Assembly (NCBI GenBank): GCA_951406725.2
Contig: OX597816.1
Coordinates: forward strand, 134,974,001 to 135,038,000
Source: Octopus vulgaris
Lineage: Eukaryota
Length of the DNA stretch: 64,000 bases
Direction of reading: 5' to 3'
Shown: positions 12,695 through 25,026 of the stretch, piece after piece
How positions within the stretch are numbered: the first letter of the stretch is position 1
Layout: the number at the start of each line of letters is the position of its first letter
Program-made: the position numbers and the translations under genes
Notes under the pieces: generated by a model
What the model was told of the DNA's origin: nothing
Databases searched by the model: none
What the model saw: the letters and a program-made list of their open reading frames with translations, nothing else

Positions 12695-13163
12695 TAGGAT
12701 CTTCCCCTACTCAGCCTCCCTAAGCGTTCAGAATAATTTTTCCATCGTCTTGACTTAACAACCCTCATCGCTTGTTTTTACTGTTTTGTTCTCATTGTTC
12801 TGTCTTTTACTGTTTTGTTCCCACTGTCCTGTTTTTGTTACCAAATTTTATTTAATTTGCTTTGCGGGAAGGACTGCTTCAATGAAGTCGCGTCTTGTCC
12901 TTGCCATCGAAACGTGAAGTAGTTGAAACAGGGACACCTGAAGAAGGGGAAAATTCTTTATGTTGTATGTCTCGTTTCTCTGTTTGTTTTTTTTCGCTGT
13001 CCGAAAAAAAAATTCGTTTCTATATTCTTTTTATGTTTTGGTTTCTCATTGTGTTGAACGTTTTTTTATGTCCTGTACCCATATATGCATGTTATACATA
13101 TATATGTAGGTATGTACATATATGTATGTATATATGCATATATTTATATATTATTTATATTAT
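12695..13163 (+). mobile_element. Decayed Penelope-like 3' end/pLTR fragment
   Basis: T-rich 3' region with CTGAAGA at 12938 and GAAACG at 12909. Its end (13065-13163) is homologous to the fold-back at 33317-33500 and it terminates in a TA-rich microsatellite. Confidence 0.45.
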
Positions 13164-13179
13164 TAATACATACATACAT

Positions 13180-14716
13180 ACCTCCACACCGCCCTTGCCA
13201 GAGCACGTTCCGTAGACCGTGCATCTGCTCTCTCCCCCGAACCCGCCCTGTAGTCTCCCGCCTCCTTTTTCCCCTCACTTACCACCCCACGACACTACCT
13301 CTCCAACGCACCATTCTTCGAGCTTTCCGGCATCTCCAGTCCGACCCGTCCACTTCACACCTCTTCCCTAACCGACCCCTCTCCTCCTTCAAACGAGCCC
13401 ATAACCTACGAGACCTTTTGGTCCACAGCTCCTTGCCTGACCCTACCTCCCAACCTGGCTCGTTCCTCTGCTCCCGCCCACGTTGCCGCACTTGCCCTTA
13501 CCTCTCCAACACCACCCTCCTCACTGGCACCCATCATCGACCCTATCGCATCATCAACTCCTTCACCTGCACCTCCAGCAATATCATCTATTGCATCTCT
13601 TGCTCTCTCTGCCATTCCCTGTACATCGGACAAACGGGACGCCGCTTGGCTGACCGGTTCGCGGAACACCTCTGTGATATCCGCCTTGCCAACGACACAC
13701 CGGTCTCAAGCCATTTCCGCCCCACCGGTCACTCCTTGCAACACCTGTCTGTGTTCGGTTTGTCCTTGCACAGAGGCCATCCGGATTCCCGTTTGCGCCG
13801 TGAACAGGGATTAATCTTCTCTCTTCGCTCTTTTACGCCATTTGGTATCAACTCTCTCCCCTCCTCATCTAACCTCCCCCCCGACTCCTACTTCTCTTCA
13901 GTCCTTCATCTTTTCATCCCTACTCCCTTTCCCTCCTCTTCCCTTCTTCCCTCTTCTTCTTTCCTCTTTCTTCTTCCTTCTTCTCCTTCTTTCTTTCTCT
14001 CTGTTCCCTCACTCCCATTCTCTCCCCCTCCCCCTCCTCCTCTCCCCTCCTCTTCTCCTCTCCTTCCTTTTCATCCTCCCTCCTTCCTCCTCTTCTCCTC
14101 TTTCATTATATCCCTCCTCCCCCTCCCCCCTCTCCCCCTCATCTCATCTCACCCTCACCCCTCCTTCTTTCCTTCTCCCCCCTCTCCCGCTCCTCACTCT
14201 CACTTTTCCTCTTCTCCCGCCTCCCTCCTCTTCTCTTTCCTTCTCCCCCTCTCCCCCTCCCCTCTCACCTTCCCCCTCATCTCTCCTCCCTCCTCTTCTC
14301 CTCTCCCCTTAACTCCTCTCTCTACACTACACCATACGACATTACACATCACATCATACATACATACACACGTCCAGACCTTTCATACGCACTACATACT
14401 CTCTCATACACACACGCACCCTTATGTTTGGGCGAAGTCATTTGACCCTGTTATCTCCCCTACTTTCGCTCTCATGTCTGATCTCTGACTTCTGGCCGGA
14501 TTCAGATCGCCATGTTGAATCGCTAGCTTCTGCACGCATTTTTTTCTCTCCTTGTTTCTCTCCGTGTTTCTTTTCTGTGTATCTTTCTGTTGAAGAGCGT
14601 AGGCTCGAAACGTAAAAGACTTGTTTTATTTATATTCCTGAGCGCCATACTAATACAATTGTTTGTTTGTACTCCATCTGCATTCGTCTTTTGTTTATTT
14701 TCATAAAGCTTCCCGT

Positions 14717-14718
<2 letters not shown>
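13180..14718 (+). mobile_element. 5'-truncated Penelope-like element (Neptune-like): RT thumb/linker, GIY-YIG endonuclease, polypyrimidine 3' UTR and hammerhead
   Basis: Open frame ~13180-13870: FKRAHNLRDLLVHS, CSRPRCRTC Zn-linker, NIIYCISCSLCHSLYIGQTGRRLADRFAEH, REQGLIFSLRSFTPFGIN. Hammerhead-like motif at 14582-14619. Flanked by (TACA)n/(TA)n. Confidence 0.9.
14582..14619 (+). ncRNA. Minimal type I hammerhead ribozyme motif (A6>U variant)
   Basis: tcttt-CTGTTGA-a-gagc(gtag)gctc-GAAAC-GTA-aaaga. Stems I and II pair perfectly; one core substitution. Confidence 0.7.
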
Positions 14719-14767
<49 letters not shown>

Positions 14768-14926
14768 GTATATATGTATATATATATGCATATTTATATA
14801 TACATATATATATATGTATATTTACATATATACATATGTATATATATGTATATTTACCTATATATGTGGATATATGTATTTGTATATATATGTGTATATA
14901 TGTATATGGCTATATATATATGTATT

Positions 14927-15456
14927 ATGTCAGGTCACTTTCGAGTGCTATTGGTAACATGTAACACAATACAACCTGTTGCATGGTCGGGTCGTCGGCG
15001 ACTAAACCGGCAACCCCACCAAGCTTGCTTGGTGAGGAGGGTGTTTATTGGACACTTAGCGGGATGAAAAACAAAACCCGTCAAAGGGCGGAGGAACTCT
15101 TGAGAGTCAACGGCCATCCAATAAATATCTTAAGGCTGTATCATGCGCGGGGACATAGAAATAATCGGACTGAATATCCGATCACGTGGTTAAACCATTG
15201 GGAGTGAAGGACTCCTAGCCTTTGTTAGAGCATCCTTCTAGGAGAAGGTAACTCAGGTAACTGGGATAATTCCGACATAAAACCTGCGGCTCAGTGGTTA
15301 CCGATGATGTTGACTTGTTCTTCTTTTCGGATTATGGTTGGTGTTGCTTAGTGAGTGGGATTGACTTAGTGCACAGCCTTTCCTCACTTTAAAAAAAATC
15401 TTCTTGCACAGGCATTGCACGATAACAACATTGATTAAGCTTCGTGAGCAGCCACC
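14927..15456 (+). mobile_element. Structured non-autonomous retroelement, probably RTE-derived (copy 1)
   Basis: Near-identical to 41995-42550. Many short hairpins, an RTE-like ccttctaggagaaggtaactc motif, and embedded in a TA/TATG microsatellite. Confidence 0.65.
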
Positions 15457-15513
15457 ATATAAATGTATATATATATGCATATATATGTATGTATGCATAC
15501 GTATGTATATATG

Positions 15514-15559
<46 letters not shown>

Positions 15560-15632
15560 CGCATATATATATGTATATATGTATATATATATATATGTAT
15601 ATATGTATATATATGTATGTATATATATATAA

Positions 15633-15673
<41 letters not shown>

Positions 15674-15726
15674 TGTACATATATATATATAAATATGTAC
15701 TTATATATATATATGTAAATATATAC

Positions 15727-15763
<37 letters not shown>

Positions 15764-15844
15764 GTACATATATATATAAATATGTACTTTATATATATAT
15801 ATGTAAATATATACGTATATATATAAATATATATATATATATAA

Positions 15845-15882
<38 letters not shown>

Positions 15883-15900
15883 GTATATATATAAATATGG

Positions 15901-15937
<37 letters not shown>

Positions 15938-16104
15938 TGCATATATGTGTATATACATATATGCATAAATGTGTATATACATATATGTATATGTATATAT
16001 GTATGTATATGTATATATACGTATACATATATGTATATATATATATATGTATATATATATTATATATATATGTATATATATATGTGTATATATATAATAT
16101 ATAT
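15457..16104. repeat. Degenerate (TA)n/(TATG)n microsatellite
   Basis: Directly visible. Source of the YIYI ORFs. Confidence 0.95.
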
Positions 16105-16328
16105 ACTCTTTTACTCTTTTATTTGCTTCAGTCATTTGACTGTGGCCATGCTGGAGCACCACTTTAGTCGAGCAAATTGGCCCCAGGACTTATTCTTTGT
16201 AAGCCTAGTACTTATTCTATCGGTGTCTTTGCCGAACCGCTAAGTTTCGGGGTCGTAAACACACCAGCATCGGCTGTCAAACGAGGTTGTAGGGACAAAG
16301 ACAGACGCACAAACATATACACACACAT

Positions 16329-16369
<41 letters not shown>

Positions 16370-16535
16370 TATGACGGGTTTCTTTCAGTTTCCATCTATT
16401 AAATCCACTCAGAAGGCTTTGGTCGGCCCGAGGTTATAGTAGAAAACACTTGCCCAAGGTGCCACGCAGTGGGACTGAACCCGGAACCATGTGGTTGGTA
16501 AGCAAGCTACTTACCACACAGCCACTCCTACGCCT
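16105..16535 (-). mobile_element. tRNA-derived CORE-type SINE, family B, with internal microsatellite
   Basis: Minus strand: ggagtggctgtgtggtaag (A box)...ggttcagtccc (B box)...accttgggcaagtg (CORE-like)...(TA/TG)n...ccagcatggccacagtcaaatgactgaa. Confidence 0.85.
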
Positions 16536-16758
16536 ATATATGTATATATATGTATATATGTATACGTGTGTGTATATATATATGTGTGTGTGTGTGTGTG
16601 TATTTATATATATGTATATGTATATATATATGTATATATATGTGTGAATATATATATATATTTGAATTTTCTCTGACTCCTCAGATTTTTTGAATGCTGG
16701 ACTACTGGTTTTAAATTGATATTAAAATTAATATTAATTTATCTCCCTCAATTTTTAA

Positions 16759-16792
<34 letters not shown>

Positions 16793-16874
16793 GTGTATAT
16801 ATGTGTGTGTGTCTGTGTGTGTGTCTGTGTGTGTGTGTGCGTGTGTGTGTGTCTGTGTGTGCGTTTATGCGCGT

Positions 16875-17075
16875 GTCTCTGGTTTGTGTTTCTCACCCAC
16901 CATCGCTTGACAACCGATGTTGGTGTGTTTACGTCCACGTAACTTAGTTGTTCAGTCAAAATTATCCGGTAGCGTAAGTATTAGGTTTACAAAAAAGTAA
17001 TTCCTGTGGTCGATTTCTTCCATTTAAAAACCCTGAAGGCGGCGCAGACAAATGACTGAAACAAGTAAAAGAATA
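16875..17075 (+). mobile_element. SINE family B, 3' half
   Basis: cgcttgacaaccgatgttggtgtgtttacgtcc...aaatgactgaaacaagtaaaaga. Confidence 0.75.
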
Positions 17076-17167
17076 TAAACAGAATGCTATACACTAGGTT
17101 ACCTCTGAATCTGATCCTAAAGGTGTTTATCACCGTCAACCTTTTTTCAATTTATTTTACCTAACTA

Positions 17168-17730
17168 TTGGGTTGTCCGGAAAGTTCGTGCCGATTTATA
17201 GTAGCTTACCTTTCGACTTATTTTAGAACATGATTGAGTCCATAAAATAGGATTTCACTACACCTCCATTTAAAGCACAGTTAAGGCTATCTTTTCGTGA
17301 AAGGTTTATGTTCCTATAACCTGTGTTAATTCTGTAACCCTTTAAAATGGAAGATAAGAAAGTTCATTTTCGGCACTTGATGCTTTGTGAACCAGACAAA
17401 AATTGCTGCAGCTCGGCTAGGATGTGTTGCCCCACCCTCCATATTCACTAGATATTTCTCCTTCGGATTTCCACTTACTCAGGTCTCCGCAGAATAGTCT
17501 TAATGGTAAAAATTTCAATTCCTTGGATGACGTAAAAAGATACCTTGGTGAATTTTTTGCCATGAAACCACCTCAATTCTGGGAATATGGTATTTTCAAG
17601 TTAAAGGAAATATGGAGACGCATTTTGCAACACAATGGTTCATATTTGGTTAATTAAAAATGTAATGGCAAGTATTTATTGACCTTTTTCTTTACTTTAA
17701 AAATCGACATGAACTTTCCGGACAACCCAA
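17168..17730 (+). mobile_element. Internally deleted mariner element
   Basis: TIRs ttgggttgtccggaaagttcgtgccgattt / aaatcgacatgaactttccggacaacccaa with TA TSD. Transposase C-terminal remnant PHPPYSLDISPSDFHL (YSPDLAPSD motif). Confidence 0.92.
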
Positions 17731-18396
17731 TATAAAATTGGACTCCAATGAAACACGTGACAATCTATTAATTTATATCTTTGTTTACGCTACTTGGCCT
17801 GATTTTCTTTGTTTATTTAATCTATTGCCACATTGGTTTCTGGATTAGCCTTCTAATTATTACAAGTAGCGTCCTATCCTGATTGGCTACTAATTTTGTA
17901 GTAAATTATTCTGCAATTAGATCCATACTGCATTAGCAGAGTCTATTTATTTTGTATATTTTAGATATAAGCAAAATGTCTAATTCAGTATATTTCCATA
18001 TTCCGAAAAAGTACATATATCTTTATATATGAGTGTTTTCAGCTAGAACCAATTGTTAATTGGTCCTAGTTCTCTTTCTATTATTACAATATCATTTTAT
18101 GGTTATTATTTCACCTCTTACTAGCATCCGGATGCCATGGAACGTCGGAGGGTCCCTTCGTTTTCAAGTCAACCGTTTCTAGACAACCCGAAACAGATGA
18201 CAATTGCCAAGTATAGTCAAATACTCCAACTAAATAACAAACCTATACCGTAGAGTCGACTCACTGGAGCTCATCATAATTTTACGGCGCCCTTACAAGC
18301 ATGTACATAGAAGCAAATGCAAATTTCAAAAACAAAAGCAAAAGAAAAACAACAACAAGTATAAATGTATAAATAAATAATTTCTTTTTATCAATT

Positions 18397-19516
18397 TCAA
18401 CAGTCCGATGAATTAATTGAAAATTTTCTATATTTATAAGGTGCTTCAGGGTGTTTGCGCATGTGCCAATTTAAGGCATTTCGCTGACGACATCTATACT
18501 CACAAAAGTCACACTTTAGAGGTTTTTCGTCCTTGTGGATTAAGAGATGCACTTTGAGATGTCGCTCTGCTGCAAACTCTTTCGTACATCCGGGCCACGA
18601 GCAACGAAATGCCCGGATGTTGAAGTGCTTTACGCGTACATGTTCTTGTAGATGAAAATTTTTCATAAATTTCTTGTTGCAGCCGTCATATATGCAAAAG
18701 AACTCTTTCATTTTGTCGTGCTGTTCGCGTATATGACGTGACAACTCCATGTTATTCTGAAAGAACCTTGGGCAATCACCAATAGTGCACTGTACAGTAC
18801 GGTCTAAATGTAACTTCCGATGATAACGGAGTGCTTTCGCAGAGTAAAGAACTTTGTCGCAACTATCACACACATAATGGTTAGCAGGAGTTGTGGGACT
18901 GTTAGGATGAAATTTATTTCGATGGTCATAAAATTGTGTGAATGTCCGAAACTGTTCGACACATAGATCACACAGAATATTGCCATTTTGTATTTGCAGG
19001 CAGCAGCTGAAATCGTATTTTTGACTGGAGAAATGGGCATTGCATCGGTCACATTCCATCGGTTCCGGTGGGTTACCGTCTTCAGTAACTTGGCTCTTTA
19101 CCCAGAAGCATTGGTACTCCACCCCACATGACTGGCAAAAGAATCGCACGGGAACATGTTGCCTTTGATGCGAGACTTTTTCGTCTGAAGAGACAATGTC
19201 GTTGCAGATTTTACAGTGATAAAGCTCTTGGAAAAGATTTTTACCTGATGAAAACTCCAAGAAATCATCTTCTACCTGTCGGTCATCAGACGAATTTGAG
19301 TTGACGTCGTTACAGTGCAAAGACTTTGGGGGACTGTGAAGAACCTTTCCTTCCCTCTCTTTTGATACTTCGTTTCCGTCTTCTTCCTCTTCTGCATCTT
19401 GTTCTTCATCGTCTTCATCATCTTGTTCATGCATCTGAGTTGGCGAAAGCTTCAGCAGTGGTTGGTGTTGATTCAGTGTCTGCAGCTGTTGCACATTTTG
19501 TAACTGCTGTTGTTGT

Positions 19517-19605
<89 letters not shown>

Positions 19606-22117
19606 CAGCTGTTGCTGTTGTAGCTGATGTTGCAGCTGCTGTTGAAGTTGCTGTTGAAGTTGCTTCTGTTGTTCTTGCATCTTCTTTTGTTGTTGCTGTT
19701 GCAACTGTTGCTGCTGCTGTTGTTGTAATTGTTGTTGTAGCTGTTGTTGCAACTGCTGCTGCTGAAACTCCAGCTGCTGCTGATTTATCTGCTGTTGTAA
19801 TGGAGACGTGATAGATTCCGACTGCACTGGTTGGGACAATCTCGAGCTCTTCCGGCCTCGAGTGCCGCCATTTCGCCGTGTTCTGAACGCTCTTGGCCGT
19901 ATTCTGAATGATGTACATATGAAGTTAGCATTCGGCTTCATGAAATCATTGGCAGAATGCGACTTGCGAGGCTTTATGTTTTTTAAAGACTTAGGAGATA
20001 AAATCATTTCTTGATATAATGACTCTGATTTTTTAGGTTCCAAAGGTGTTTCAAAATGTTTTATTTTATCCTTATCGTTGTCTCCAATAACATTTGCTGG
20101 AGAATCAGGTATGATTTCAACGCAATCCTTCTCGTGAGATCTTTTTATTTCTGGTTTGATATTACTGTTCATCGCTGGAAAAGGTGTTGGCACTATTGAA
20201 CACTCACTCTGATTTTCAACCTTAAGTTTTGATTTTTCTTCGTTAACTTGGTTTACGTTTACTTTTGGTTTCTTATCTATCAGTAATTGTGTGAGCATTG
20301 GCAGTTTCGGTGGCCTTCCTCTTCGACGAACTGGTTTTCCTAATGCTGAAATTCCAGTATGAGGATAGACCATAATAATCGACTGTTGGTTCGAACCTGT
20401 TGTTTGGGTACTAGTCTGTCCTGCTGACGTCATTGTTACACACTCTCTTGGTGATGAGATGTTACCCTGAGCAATTGTAGTAACAGTTACAGTTGAAGAT
20501 GGAGTGGATTGAACATTATTTACAGAATTTGTCGGTAAGCATGTTTGCATTTGTTGCATGGTAGGAAAGAACATAACAGTCTGCGTATTTACAGGCTGAA
20601 TTGGCACGCTCGAAGTTGTAGGGATTACTTGTGACACAGGGGCTGAGATCAACTTTTCAGGCTTTGAACGAGATCTTTTGTGAGAAGAAAGTTTCAAAAT
20701 GCTAGTGTAAACACCAGGAAAAATATTACTTTCGGCAACTAGTTTCAATTGGTCTTGTTCCATGGGTTTGTTCGGTCCTATTGTTTGAGATGGATCGATT
20801 TTGGGTATAGGCAACATGGCTTGAGACATTATGGGTAATCCTATTGGATGACTCCCTTGCGGAATAGTTGTCAAAGTTGGAAAACCCATTGGATAAACAT
20901 ACATACAGTTATCATTTTTCTGTAATGTTACCACATTTGTTGGGACTGGAACTGGTCTAGGCCCTTGCGTTGGGATTGAAAAATAGTTGCTAGCGATTTG
21001 TGGCGATGCCTCATTTAGACAAGGCGAATTCATCTGTGATGGCAAAATTAATTGAGTTTCATTACAATTTGGAACTTGTGTTGGCAGTTGCTTCACATTA
21101 AATATCTGAGACGGTAAATCTGAACGTATCTGTTTATCAGGAGTGACATTCATTATCTCAGGTGATGAACTATTACTTTTAATAACAGTTCTGTTAACAT
21201 CAAGTTGAGTGGAAGCTAGCTCTGGAGATTGAGAATTATCTCTATGTGCTTGCATCCCAAAATATTCTGCACGGTTACTTTTCTCATTTTCAACGTTGAC
21301 GGTATGAATTTCGTCCCTACAATTACTGCTACTTTGGTAGTGCAAATGCTCATTTTCGGGTGATGGTACAGGTGATGATGTTAGAGATGTATGTGAAGAA
21401 TGTGGTTCTAATTTTACAATACTTAAGTCTAATGGCGTTTCACTGTCTGATTCTCGGTAGCTTCCGTCATCTTGGCAATTTACTTTATTGTTTGGTGCAT
21501 AAATATTCTTCGAATGATCGACTGACTTCGTTGCTGTATGAACATTTCTTAAATGGTTTGTTTTCAGTGAAACAGGCTGACAACTAGAATAGTAATATGG
21601 ATTTGCTACATTGGATGGTTGGCAGATTCTTGTATCTGTCGTGTTTGTGGTATTATTGTAGAAGACATTGTCTTCACAAACTGAATTATCATTTTCTTGT
21701 TCTAATTTAGACTGAAATAATTTCGATCCATGTACCACATCTACTCCGTAGGCGTCATTGAGGGACGAATTATCTTCCTCTTTGCAGACGACTTTAGCTA
21801 CCTTAAATCTCGCTGTTACAGGTTTCCTTTTGATATTAAATTGATTTAGTGGGAGATCTTTGTTTCTGGCACACAATTCAGGACTATTGTTACCATTGAC
21901 CATCGGGATATCTGATTCGGTACTTAAACTGGTATTTAAGTCTGCTATGGTAGTACTTGGGGAATATTCATAGCAAGAAGACACGTCTTCTTTCTTAATG
22001 CGTATGCGGTTAGCATCGATTGCTGCCTTTATTGCCTTTTCAGAATAGTCACTTGTAGATATTTGTGCTATATTTTCTTCTGGCAAAACGAAGTTGGAAC
22101 TGTCTGGTTCTTTCAGT
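18397..22117 (-). CDS. Last coding exon of a C2H2 zinc-finger transcription factor (ZFP91/ZNF653/ZNF692-like fingers, AT-hook, PLDLS, polyQ)
   Basis: About 1240 open codons. Acceptor gttatttcAG at 22118, phase-compatible with the upstream exon. C-terminal C2H2 array ends HKDEKPLKCDFCEYRCRQRNALNWHMRKH. Also RRRGRPPK, ETPLDLS, a polyQ tract and an acidic tract. Stop at 18397. Confidence 0.92.
19500..19800 (-). repeat. Coding (CAG/CAA)n polyglutamine tract
   Basis: (tgc/tgt)n on the plus strand, in frame as polyQ in the zinc-finger exon. Confidence 0.95.
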
Positions 22118-22732
22118 CTGAAATAACACCAGTAATTGAAGTGAAAACGGCAATAAAAATAAGAGGGAAACTATAACTTATAAAAATGATTAAACGTTTG
22201 AAAGATTTTAAAAATAAAAATTAGAAATTATTATCAAAAAATATAAAGTACAATATCTTAAATGGAATTATCAACTCTCTATTAATTTATTTGTAGATCA
22301 TAAACAAAAACACTTTCAACTTAGCAAAATATTTGAAAGCAAACATTTGAAACATGAACTTTTAAACGACTAACATAAACAAAACAATTGTAATGAAACA
22401 TCACTATGAATGTGAAATTAGATTCCTCTATGCTTTAACATACAACTATGGGAGTTGGGAGGAGCTTCTCTATATGAATTGACTAAGCCTCTATATATTA
22501 TTCAAAACTATATACTTACTACTGTTTGACTTAACAAATGGCGACCAGTTATTAAACATTTGGGAATTGAGAAAACTATGTCGATAGTAACATAGTCGAT
22601 TCATTCTAGGTTTCATCGTGTGTGCTTGAATAGAGCTACAAGTGTAATTACAATTCCTTACCACATTTTCCCCTAAGTAAATTGGATGCTACAACTCTAA
22701 TGGTGAGAGAATTCATTAGTGTGAATAGGTTA

Positions 22733-23116
22733 TCTCTCTCTATATAAACGGCAGTTTGTCTGTGCGTTTTCTGTGTGTCTGTTTTCTCGTACCCTCACTC
22801 TGACCACGGCTTTCAACCGATTCTGATGAAACTTGACACACACATAGCCCAATGTCATAATTCAAAACTAACGCAGCGAAAATTTTGAAAAGTTCCCCCA
22901 GTTCTGAAAAAAATCGATAAATTCGACATGGGGTCGAGAATCAGAAACCCAAACCACAGACCGTCTAGGGGACGCAACTCCACCTTTTTTAACTCTCAAA
23001 AAAAATTTACCATAATTTTTTTTCCATTTTTTTGCTATTTTTTGGCTATAACTCTCTAAAAATGCTTTATAGTTATTTCCCTTACAAACCTGAGCAACGC
23101 CAGGCGATACTGCTAG
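22733..23116 (+). mobile_element. Non-autonomous Helitron (intronic)
   Basis: A|TC start, subterminal cctgagcaacgccagg hairpin, CTAG|T end. Confidence 0.8.
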
Positions 23117-23810
23117 TTGTCTCTAAAACGAAATTGAAATACGCCAGTCATAAATACAAAGTAATAATGATTTTTTACTTAGCATATTTAAGTTTTATTA
23201 ATCCTTCTCCTGTTTGTTTTGTTAGTAGTTAATTTGTTGACCTCAGAATGACAGAAAGCATATTGGTCCTAATATGAATTTTGGAAGCCGTGAAAAGTAA
23301 AGTAAGATGTCGCTTTTGTATCACTTCATCTCCACCTCCCTTGAATGGGAGTAATAAATATTTATTTTGAATTTACACGAAGAATATCAGAGATGAGCAG
23401 AGTCGTAAATTATACTCAGCGTAATACTGGTAGTCACTTTATCGACAAGTCACACCCATTTAAATTCAGACAGTAGAAAGAAAAGCCTGCGTCTTGAAAT
23501 ACATTTAATCAGCGTTCTATTGTTTATCAGAACTCTCAAGTTCATGATTCGATTTCGATTCCTGTTTGAAATTTATTTTGCTAAGTTTGTTAATATACTT
23601 TAACGCTACACAATCTTATTCTTTCTACCTTATAAATGACTAAATGGCGATATGAGCATCGATTGAAAAATGTGTGTGTGCATGAGTGTATGATGTGTTA
23701 AAATGTTTTACAAGGAAATTTATGTTTGTAGCAAGTAATACCAATTATAACTATATACACCGTCGTATAAACAATGCGGAATGTATGAACAAAGAGATTA
23801 ATAAACTTAC

Positions 23811-23977
23811 TTATGAAAGTCAGTGAGCAACTTCCTCATCAAAGTGGCTGAGTCTAATTTAGTTGCATTCTTCAAGTTTTCGAAATCCTTAAAAAGATCA
23901 ATAGGTATTGTTATATTTTGTCCAGCAATATTTGAAACCATTTCTGTTGGAGATTTCATTAAAGTTTCTGGAATTAA
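23811..23977 (-). CDS. Upstream exon of the zinc-finger gene
   Basis: Acceptor cttttatttcAG, donor GTAAGT, 167 bp. Reads LIPETLMKSPTEM...LMRKLLTDFH; the terminal AA plus the first A of the next exon gives Lys and keeps frame. Confidence 0.8.
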
Positions 23978-24814
23978 CTGAAATAAAAGAAAGATAGTGT
24001 TAGGAAATTGCGATAAAATTGATCGGCGGAAGTTCAAAGAATTACAGGATAAGACTTGAAGGGAGTAACAAAGAGTTCTAAAAATATTACGTATTTAATG
24101 ATGAAGATATCAATTTCTTGCATTGACATAATTCCACAAATTCAAAGACAAGATTCAATTGAATCGATCCCAATATATTATAAATGCTCCGGAGCATGAA
24201 AAGGCAAAGTTAACTCTGATGGCATTTGAACTCAGAATGCGAAGAAGCAAAGTCAAAAGAAAGAAAGCTTGTACGGTACTTGCTCTTTGGTGCTATCTTT
24301 CCGACAGCAAATTCATCGGTAACAATAAATATCATGAAACACCCCAAGGTATTGGAGTAGTTTATCTGATTGGCACCACTCAGTGGCGCAATGTTCTGAG
24401 ATATCCTTGAATGGGGACGATACGTTAAAAACAAAATATCTTATCTGCTAGCACAAATCAAGATGTTGGCTCAGTTGGTGAGATGCTTAATTTAGATCAT
24501 ACAAGTTTACAATCACAACGTTCATAAATATCTCCCTTTATATGACATAATATCAGTTAGGGGACCAACATTTATGTAGTCGATCGGCCTGCTAGAAATC
24601 TCCCTCAATCTATACCTTATCATCTTGGAAATGGAAAAAAAATATTGGATGAATGATGTGGTTTAGACACTAAACTTGAAAATATGATGGAATGGCTACG
24701 GTTTCGATTGGAGATGAACAAAGCTAAACAACAATAACAACATCGACTGTAAGTACGCGAACGGGATATCCTATTTTAGATTTTGTTGAAGTCAAATTTG
24801 AGAGATAGAAGATA

Positions 24815-25026
24815 CTAGTTCCAAATTTTGGCACATGGTCAGCAGTTTCGGGGAAGGGGTAAGTTGATTACATCGATCCCAGTGCTCAACTGGTACTTAT
24901 TTTATCGACCCGAAAGGATGAAAGGTAAAGTCGAACTCAGTGGAATTTTAACTCAAAACGTAAGGACGAACGAAATGCCGCTAAGCATTTTTCCCGGCGT
25001 GCTAACGATTTTGCCAGTTTGCCGTC
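24815..25026 (-). mobile_element. SINE family A
   Basis: Matches the family A pattern on the minus strand. Confidence 0.85.

Noticed and set aside
13842-14488. Pro/Ser/Leu-rich extension of the 467-aa ORF
   Set aside because: Polypyrimidine 3' UTR that lacks stops by composition. The endonuclease homology ends near PFGIN.
14663-16959. Many long ORFs rich in YI/VC/HT dipeptides (also at 25835-26203, 32013-32559, 36550-37156, 43804-44863, 46325-46853)
   Set aside because: Translations of (TA)n, (CA)n and (TATG)n microsatellites, which lack stop codons. Not genes.
19326-19918. Poly-Ala/Val and Ala/Thr ORFs overlapping the zinc-finger exon
   Set aside because: Alternative frames and antisense of the CAG/CAA polyQ repeat.
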